Below are positions 44,412 to 49,749 of a stretch of DNA of 49,749 bases, piece by piece. The translations under genes and the position numbers were made by a program. How positions within the stretch are numbered: position 1 is the first letter of the stretch; each line of letters starts with the position of its first letter. Under the pieces are notes generated by a model. That model was not told the DNA's origin and ran no database searches. It worked only from the letters and a program-made list of their open reading frames with translations. Origin of the DNA: Pyrinomonadaceae bacterium (GTDB lineage Bacteria; Acidobacteriota; Blastocatellia; Pyrinomonadales; Pyrinomonadaceae); NCBI GenBank assembly GCA_036006125.1, contig DASYPX010000286.1, positions 1-49,749 of the forward strand, given 5' to 3'.

Positions 44412-44498
44412 TAGGGCACTACCCTTTTCGACTTTCGTTTGACAATCCCCTCACGCGTTTGGCATAACGGGGCGCTACCTAAAATCCGCAACGAAAGA

Positions 44499-47249
44499 AT
44501 GGCAATCATGTCCAAAGTGAATCGGTGGCGTGTCGCCACGCTGCTACTCTTCGCTGTCTTGTTTTTGTGTCAATCAGCAGGGGCTCAATCATTCGATTCC
44601 AGCCTTTATTCCGGCCTTCGCTGGCGCATGATTGGGCCGTTTCGCGCCGGCAGAACCAACGCGGTCAGTGGTGTCGTGGGACATCCGGAAACTTTCTATA
44701 TGGGTTCAGTCGGCGGCGGTGTTTGGAAGACGACCAACTCCGGGCGAACCTGGACGCCGATCTTTGACTCCGCTTCATCAGCATCAATCGGCGCCATTGC
44801 TGTCGCGCCCTCCAATCCAGACGTGATTTATGTCGGCACAGGTGAAGCCGACATGCGCGACTCAATCCAGTTTGGCGACGGCATGTGGAAATCGACTGAT
44901 GCAGGCAAAACGTGGAAACACGTCGGACTTGAGACCACGAAACAGATTGGCCGCATCATTGTCGATCCAAAGAACCCCAACATCGTCTTTGTCGCCGTGC
45001 TCGGAAATGTATACGCCTCAAGTCCCGATCGGGGTATCTATCGTTCGAAAGACGGCGGCGCGACATGGCAGAAGGTGCTCTTCAAGAACGACGACGTTGG
45101 TGGCATCGATCTCAATTTCGACCCGGCCAATTCACAGACTGTCTACGCCGCACTGTGGAATGTGCGGCGACCACCCTGGTTCATCTACACACCGGCGAAT
45201 GGCCCAGGCGGCGGCATTTTCAAGTCCACTGATGGTGGATCGACCTGGAAAGAGATGGACGAAGGCATTCCGGTCGAAGGACGCGGACGCATCGGCATTT
45301 CGGTGTCTCCGGCAAATCACAATCGCATCTATGCGGTGGTCGATGGCTTTGTGAACGACAAGGAACATCCGGAGGATTCGACTAAGACCAAGAAATACGG
45401 CGGCGTGTTCCGATCCGATGATGCGGGTGCAACCTGGACGAGGCTTTCGAACGACGAACGTCTCTGGGGTCGCGGCTGGTACTTTGAAAAGATTACCGCC
45501 GACCCCAAGAACGCCGATCAGGCCTATGTGATGAATACATCGATGTATCGCTCGAGCGATGCCGGCAAAACCTGGAAAGCGATCAAGGGAGATCCGACGG
45601 GCGACGATTTTCATCAACTTTGGATCAACCCCGACGATCCGAAGCGCATGATCATGGCGAGCGACCAGGGCACCATCGTCAGCGTTGACGGCGCGGAAAC
45701 CTGGAGTTCCTGGTACAACCAGGCCACCGCACAGATTTACCACGTCGCGCCGGATTATCGGTTTCCGTATTGGGTTACGGGCGCGCAACAGGACAGCGGC
45801 GCGGTTGGCTCGCCTTCACGCAGCCGTCACGCCGAAATTTCTCAACGCGATTGGGAAGGTCTCTGCGCCGGCGGCGAATCGGGCTACACCGCGCCCGATC
45901 CGCTGCATCCTGAAATTCTTTTCGGCGGCACGGTCTCGCGCTGCAATGTCATCACGGGCGAAACGAAAAACGTCTCGCCTGAACGCGGCGGTGGCGGTGG
46001 TTTCGGTCAGCCGTCTCCTTATCGTCACGCGTGGACGCAGCCAGTTGTGTTCTCCCAGGCCGATCCGCGCGCGCTCTACTACGCAAACCAATTTCTCTAC
46101 AAGACGACCAACGGCGGCGAGAGCTGGACGCAAATCAGTCAGGACCTCACGCGTGAAGATCCTGGTGTGCCCACGAATCTAAATGCTGAAGCAGCCGCCG
46201 ACGCACCCACGGACAAACGGCGCGGCGTGATTTATACGATCGCGCCTTCGCCTCTGCGCGCAGCGCTCATCTGGATCGGCACCGACGACGGTTTGATTCA
46301 GATGACCAACGACGATGGGAAGACGTGGACGAACGTGACACCGCCTGAGCTGACTTCATGGAGCAAGGTGACCATGATTGACGCGTCACACTTTGACGTG
46401 AACAAAGCGTTCGCATCGGTCGAACGCCATCAGCTTAACGATTACGAGCCGCACATCTTCCGCACGCGCGACAGCGGTAAGACGTGGAGTGAGATCACCC
46501 GCGGCTTGCCAAAAGGCATCTATGTGCAGACGGTCAAGGAAGATCCGGAGCGCGCGGGCATGCTCTACGCGGGAACTGAGCGTGCCGTGTTTGTTTCATT
46601 CGACGACGGCGATCACTGGCAGTCTTTGCAATTGAATCTGCCGCCAACCTCGATACGCGATCTGGCGGTTCATAAGAACGACTTGATCGTGGCCACGCAC
46701 GGTCGTAGCTTTTGGGTGCTCGACAACATCTCGGCGCTGCGACAACTTAGTGCTAACGTTGCGAACAGCTCGGTGCATCTCTTCGAACCCGCCGAAGTGA
46801 TTCAGCTTATTCCCGGCGCTGACTTTGTCGGCACCCCGATACCGCGTGACGAACCGATCGCTGAAAATCCACCAGCCGGAGCGATTATCGATTATTACCT
46901 GAAGTCGAATGTGAGCGGCCCTGTGACGCTGGAAATCATTGATCCGTCGGGCGAAGTGATTCGCAAATACTCGAGCGAAGACAAGTTTCCACCGATCGAT
47001 CCCGATAAGCTGAACTACCCACCCTTTTGGGCGCGCGTGCAAGAACCTCTGCCGGCCACCGCGGGATTTCATCGGTGGGTTTGGGACTTTCGTCCGACAC
47101 CAACCGCGCCGGCTGGACGCGGCGGCGGTGGAGGCGGTCGTGGGGGTGGTCAACTCGCGCTGCCCGGCAAATACACCGTGCGACTTACGGTGAATGGTAA
47201 GAGCCAAACGCAGCCGCTCGTGGTGAAGCCCGATCCGCGAGCGAAATAG
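44499..47249 (+). CDS. secreted BNR/sortilin(VPS10)-like double beta-propeller protein (paralogue of 28890-31970)
   Basis: Start at ATG 44499 or 44508 (MAIMSKVNRWRVATLLLFAVLFLCQSAGAQ). Repeated Asp-box-like motifs (TTNSGRTW, STDAGKTW, SKDGGATW, STDGGSTW, SDDAGATW, SSDAGKTW, TTNGGESW, TNDDGKTW, TRDSGKTW). The upstream part of the listed ORF from 44439 is probably not coding. Confidence 0.8.
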   Translation: MAIMSKVNRWRVATLLLFAVLFLCQSAGAQSFDSSLYSGLRWRMIGPFRAGRTNAVSGVVGHPETFYMGSVGGGVWKTTNSGRTWTPIFDSASSASIGAIAVAPSNPDVIYVGTGEADMRDSIQFGDGMWKSTDAGKTWKHVGLETTKQIGRIIVDPKNPNIVFVAVLGNVYASSPDRGIYRSKDGGATWQKVLFKNDDVGGIDLNFDPANSQTVYAALWNVRRPPWFIYTPANGPGGGIFKSTDGGSTWKEMDEGIPVEGRGRIGISVSPANHNRIYAVVDGFVNDKEHPEDSTKTKKYGGVFRSDDAGATWTRLSNDERLWGRGWYFEKITADPKNADQAYVMNTSMYRSSDAGKTWKAIKGDPTGDDFHQLWINPDDPKRMIMASDQGTIVSVDGAETWSSWYNQATAQIYHVAPDYRFPYWVTGAQQDSGAVGSPSRSRHAEISQRDWEGLCAGGESGYTAPDPLHPEILFGGTVSRCNVITGETKNVSPERGGGGGFGQPSPYRHAWTQPVVFSQADPRALYYANQFLYKTTNGGESWTQISQDLTREDPGVPTNLNAEAAADAPTDKRRGVIYTIAPSPLRAALIWIGTDDGLIQMTNDDGKTWTNVTPPELTSWSKVTMIDASHFDVNKAFASVERHQLNDYEPHIFRTRDSGKTWSEITRGLPKGIYVQTVKEDPERAGMLYAGTERAVFVSFDDGDHWQSLQLNLPPTSIRDLAVHKNDLIVATHGRSFWVLDNISALRQLSANVANSSVHLFEPAEVIQLIPGADFVGTPIPRDEPIAENPPAGAIIDYYLKSNVSGPVTLEIIDPSGEVIRKYSSEDKFPPIDPDKLNYPPFWARVQEPLPATAGFHRWVWDFRPTPTAPAGRGGGGGGRGGGQLALPGKYTVRLTVNGKSQTQPLVVKPDPRAK

Positions 47250-47260
47250 ATTCAAACGCG

Positions 47261-47545
47261 ATGCAGTTCAGCTTTACTGTTGGCGTTCACGAGCAGCATC
47301 GCGTTGACTTCACTTTTGATCAAGTCATCGGCAATCTGGAAATCAAAGTCGACGGTCAGACGGCAATTAAAGACTTCCGCATCTTCTCTCTAAAACTCAC
47401 GAAGCGGTACGAATTTGTGGTTGGCGTTAACGAGAAGCATCACGTCGCGATCGAAAAAAGGCGCAAACTTTTCCTCGCCGGAATACGGCCTCAGCAATAT
47501 CGCGTATTCATTGATGGCGCGTTGATGCAGACGTACCACGGCTAA
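47261..47545 (+). CDS. hypothetical small cytoplasmic protein with an internal duplication
   Basis: 94-aa ORF 12 nt after the BNR gene. FTVGVHEQHRVDF (residues 5-17) and FVVGVNEKHHVAI (residues 52-64) are clearly related. No family recognised. Confidence 0.5.
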   Translation: MQFSFTVGVHEQHRVDFTFDQVIGNLEIKVDGQTAIKDFRIFSLKLTKRYEFVVGVNEKHHVAIEKRRKLFLAGIRPQQYRVFIDGALMQTYHG

Positions 47546-47727
47546 GAGCTAAGGGGTAGGAGCTAAGAAATTGAAAATTGAAAAGTAGAAACTGAAAATT
47601 GAAAACTGAGTGCAGCCTCCTGATCCCAGGCTGGCTACGCACCTAACCTTTCTGTCATCCCGGCAATTCGCATTCCGACCCCACACTCTGCGCTCAAGAC
47701 TCAGCACGCAGTCCTCAGTACTCAGAG
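47541..47727. repeat. inverted heptanucleotide arrays (10 heptads of GCTAAGA/AATTGAA/AACTGAG type; 5 heptads of CTCAGNN type)
   Basis: 47541-47610 reads in strict 7-nt register: GCTAAGA GCTAAGG GGTAGGA GCTAAGA AATTGAA AATTGAA AAGTAGA AACTGAA AATTGAA AACTGAG. 47693-47727 reads CTCAAGA CTCAGCA CGCAGTC CTCAGTA CTCAGAG, the inverse orientation of NNCTGAG. Confidence 0.85.
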
Positions 47728-47821
47728 CATTCCGGAACAAACACCCGCGCAAGTTTGTCCAACCCTGCACGTTCATTCTAACGGCTGTTCGATTTGTTCA
47801 AGCGCCTGAAGGAGTACTGTC

Positions 47822-49749
47822 ATGAAGAGCGATTTTCGACCTGGCCGGATTTTCGTGCTTTCCACGAGTTCTTTTGTCTTCTCCGCCACTCTGACTCTGT
47901 TGGTGGTGCTGGCCCTCGAAGCTTGTGTGGGCCACTCGACTGCATCGTCTCGCGGCTCGGGTAAGAAGCCGGCGAACAAGAACATGCGCGCCTTCGCTTC
48001 GGAAGACGAGATGAAAGCGTACTTTCGGAAGCTGGCGGAAGAACGAAAGAGGGTTGCGACCCGCCGGGGCCTCGTGGGAGACGTCGCGAGCTCGCCGGTG
48101 ACAAGCAATCAAGCGGCTGCCCCTGCGGAAGCCAAGGCAAAGTCGGAAGATAGTAAAGATGAATCAATAACCAACACGCAACACGCGGGCGTCGATGAAG
48201 GCGGCATTGTCAAGCTGCATGGCGATCAGCTCGTCGTGCTGCGACGTGGGCGTCTGTTCACGGTGGCCATTGGCGATGGCGCATTGAAACCGTTGTCGAT
48301 GGTCAATGCATACGGACCGGAAATCGATCCGCGTTACACCTGGTACGACGAGATGCTCGTCTCCGACGACAGGGTGGTGGTGATTGGCTACAGCTATGAA
48401 CGCGGCGGCACGGAAGTCGGACTCTTCAACATCGATCGCGCGGGGAATCTTTCGTATCGATCCACGTATCACCTGCGTTCGAACGACTATTACTCTTCGC
48501 GCAATTACGCCAGCCGTTTGATTGGCAACAAGCTTATTTTCTACACGCCGCTTTACATGAATCCTTACGCGGACGATCCATTCGCTGAATTCCCCGCCGT
48601 GCGCAAGTGGCACAAAGGCGCGAAGCCTGAGGAGTTTCAGCGCATCGTGTCTGCCACTCATGTCTATCGTCCGGAACGAACAATCAATTCGGATTCAGGG
48701 CTCGCGCTGCACACAGTGACGACTTGCGATCTGTCGAATGGGGATTTCAAGTGTGATGCGACGGCGGTGCTGGGACCTCCGGGGCGCGTGTTCTATGTTT
48801 CGCCGGAATCGGTTTATGTCTGGACCACCGAATGGTCGTACAACGGCCAACACAGCACGCAGCATTCGATGGTCTATCGCCTGCCGCTCGATGGAAATAG
48901 CCCAAGCGCGCTCGGCGTGGCCGGCAGTCCGGTTGATCAATTCTCTTTTCTGGAAAGCGAAGACAAGTATCTGAACGTGCTCGTGCGCTCGAATGGCTCC
49001 GGCGACGACATGTGGAGTGCCGAGCGGACGGCGGGCGATGTCGCGCTTTTGCGCGTGCCGATTTCTGAATTCAACGATGGCACGAACGATGCCTCGTCCT
49101 GGGACTATCACGGTTTGCCGAAGCCACGCGGTTACACTTTTCAGAATCGGTTTGTGGGCGAGTATCTGCTGTACGGGACCGGCAGTGGCTGGGGCGCGCC
49201 CGAAAACAAAAGCGAATCGAATCTGTTCGTCGTGAATTGGAGCGATGGCGAAGTCACGCAACTGAAAGTTAATCACGGCGTCGATCGGATCGAAGCGCTC
49301 GGCTCAGACGCGATCGTGGTCGGCACCGACGGCAGCAACCTGCACTTCTCTTCGATCCAGCTCGCCGATGCGCCCGTAGTCGCTGACGAGTTTATTCGCA
49401 AGGGCGCTTCGCAGGGTGAGTTGCGGAGTCACGGCTTCTTCTATAAACCTGACGGACCGAATTCAGGCGTGCTTGGTTTGCCGATCAGCGTGCCCGGTCG
49501 CTCCGGCTACAAGCATCTGTTCGAAGACTCGGCCGCGATTCTTTTCCTGCGCAACGATGGTTTGCATTTTCAAGAAGTGGGCGAGCTGACGGCGCAGTCT
49601 GAAAGAGCGGTCGATGACGCGTGTCGCGCTTCGTGTGTCGACTGGTACGGGAACTCGCGACCGCTGTTCATTCGCGGACGTATTATCGCCATGCTCGGAT
49701 ACGAGTTGGTCGAAGGCACGATGAAGAATGGCCGCATGCAGGAAATGCG
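47822..49749 (+). CDS. beta-propeller-domain protein (COG4880/Beta_propel-like), 3' end outside the window
   Basis: Absent from the ORF track because no stop codon is reached. AAGGAG RBS at 47809-47814 and ATG at 47822. My translation is open for 642 codons to the window edge: TM/lipoprotein-like N-terminus (LALEAC), then ITNTQHAGVDEGGIVKLHGDQLVVLRRGRLFTV. Confidence 0.75.
   Translation, partial: MKSDFRPGRIFVLSTSSFVFSATLTLLVVLALEACVGHSTASSRGSGKKPANKNMRAFASEDEMKAYFRKLAEERKRVATRRGLVGDVASSPVTSNQAAAPAEAKAKSEDSKDESITNTQHAGVDEGGIVKLHGDQLVVLRRGRLFTVAIGDGALKPLSMVNAYGPEIDPRYTWYDEMLVSDDRVVVIGYSYERGGTEVGLFNIDRAGNLSYRSTYHLRSNDYYSSRNYASRLIGNKLIFYTPLYMNPYADDPFAEFPAVRKWHKGAKPEEFQRIVSATHVYRPERTINSDSGLALHTVTTCDLSNGDFKCDATAVLGPPGRVFYVSPESVYVWTTEWSYNGQHSTQHSMVYRLPLDGNSPSALGVAGSPVDQFSFLESEDKYLNVLVRSNGSGDDMWSAERTAGDVALLRVPISEFNDGTNDASSWDYHGLPKPRGYTFQNRFVGEYLLYGTGSGWGAPENKSESNLFVVNWSDGEVTQLKVNHGVDRIEALGSDAIVVGTDGSNLHFSSIQLADAPVVADEFIRKGASQGELRSHGFFYKPDGPNSGVLGLPISVPGRSGYKHLFEDSAAILFLRNDGLHFQEVGELTAQSERAVDDACRASCVDWYGNSRPLFIRGRIIAMLGYELVEGTMKNGRMQEM

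Noticed and set aside
45132-47255. Minus-strand ORFs 45132-45788, 45816-46133 and 46596-47255
   Set aside because: They are antisense to the well-supported BNR/sortilin-like gene, and their Arg-rich composition is typical of shadow ORFs.
48164-49276. Minus-strand ORFs 48164-48661 and 48695-49276 as genes
   Set aside because: They lie antisense to a long plus-strand frame with a good RBS and recognisable beta-propeller-family sequence. Their products are Arg/His/Ala-rich with no motifs.
1-49749. Search for CRISPR arrays, tRNA/rRNA genes, prophage, integrases, toxin-antitoxin pairs, reverse transcriptase/DGR repeats or known defence operons
   Set aside because: None could be supported from the sequence. 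The only mobile-element trace is the truncated Y1 transposase with its REPs.

Overview
This ~50-kb chromosomal segment most likely comes from an Acidobacteria-type soil bacterium. That is an inference from gene content: two VWA proteins that look like the acidobacterial TIGR03436 family, a TIGR02999/ECF43-like sigma factor next to a Ser/Thr kinase, three Hanks-type kinases, and many secreted S9/S15/S41 peptidases and BNR/sortilin-like propellers. All calls are by eye from motifs, since no searches could be run.

Layout:
- 0-2.4 kb: acyl-CoA ligase and thioesterases.
- 2.7-4.3 kb: small-membrane-protein operon (CD225/dispanin, TM2 plus zinc ribbon, DUF2752).
- 4.6-8.5 kb: bi-domain oxidoreductase and S41 protease.
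- 8.8-12.9 kb: zinc-ribbon-rich kinase/FHA cluster.
- 13.2-14.0 kb: orphan ku, followed by a REP array and a truncated IS200/RAYT-type transposase.
- 14.5-18.2 kb: receptor Ser/Thr kinase plus ECF sigma factor.
- 18.3-21.1 kb: hypothetical protein and a low-GC metzincin-like protease.
- 21.2-25.1 kb: PolX, MscS-like channel, iron permease-like protein and a frameshifted small gene.
- 25.4-49.7 kb: 24 kb run of plus-strand genes, mostly secreted peptidases, BNR propellers and VWA proteins present as diverged paralogues.

Intergenic DNA is unusually rich in several distinct palindromic repeat families: GTAG-type REP/REPIN hairpins, twin hairpins, and inverted arrays of heptanucleotide repeats.

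I saw no CRISPR array, tRNA/rRNA, prophage or recognisable defence system. The most interesting candidates are:
- the three-gene kinase/FHA/zinc-ribbon module;
- the anti-sigma-less ECF sigma/kinase pair;
- the CD225-TM2-DUF2752 operon;
- the heptad-array inverted repeats.
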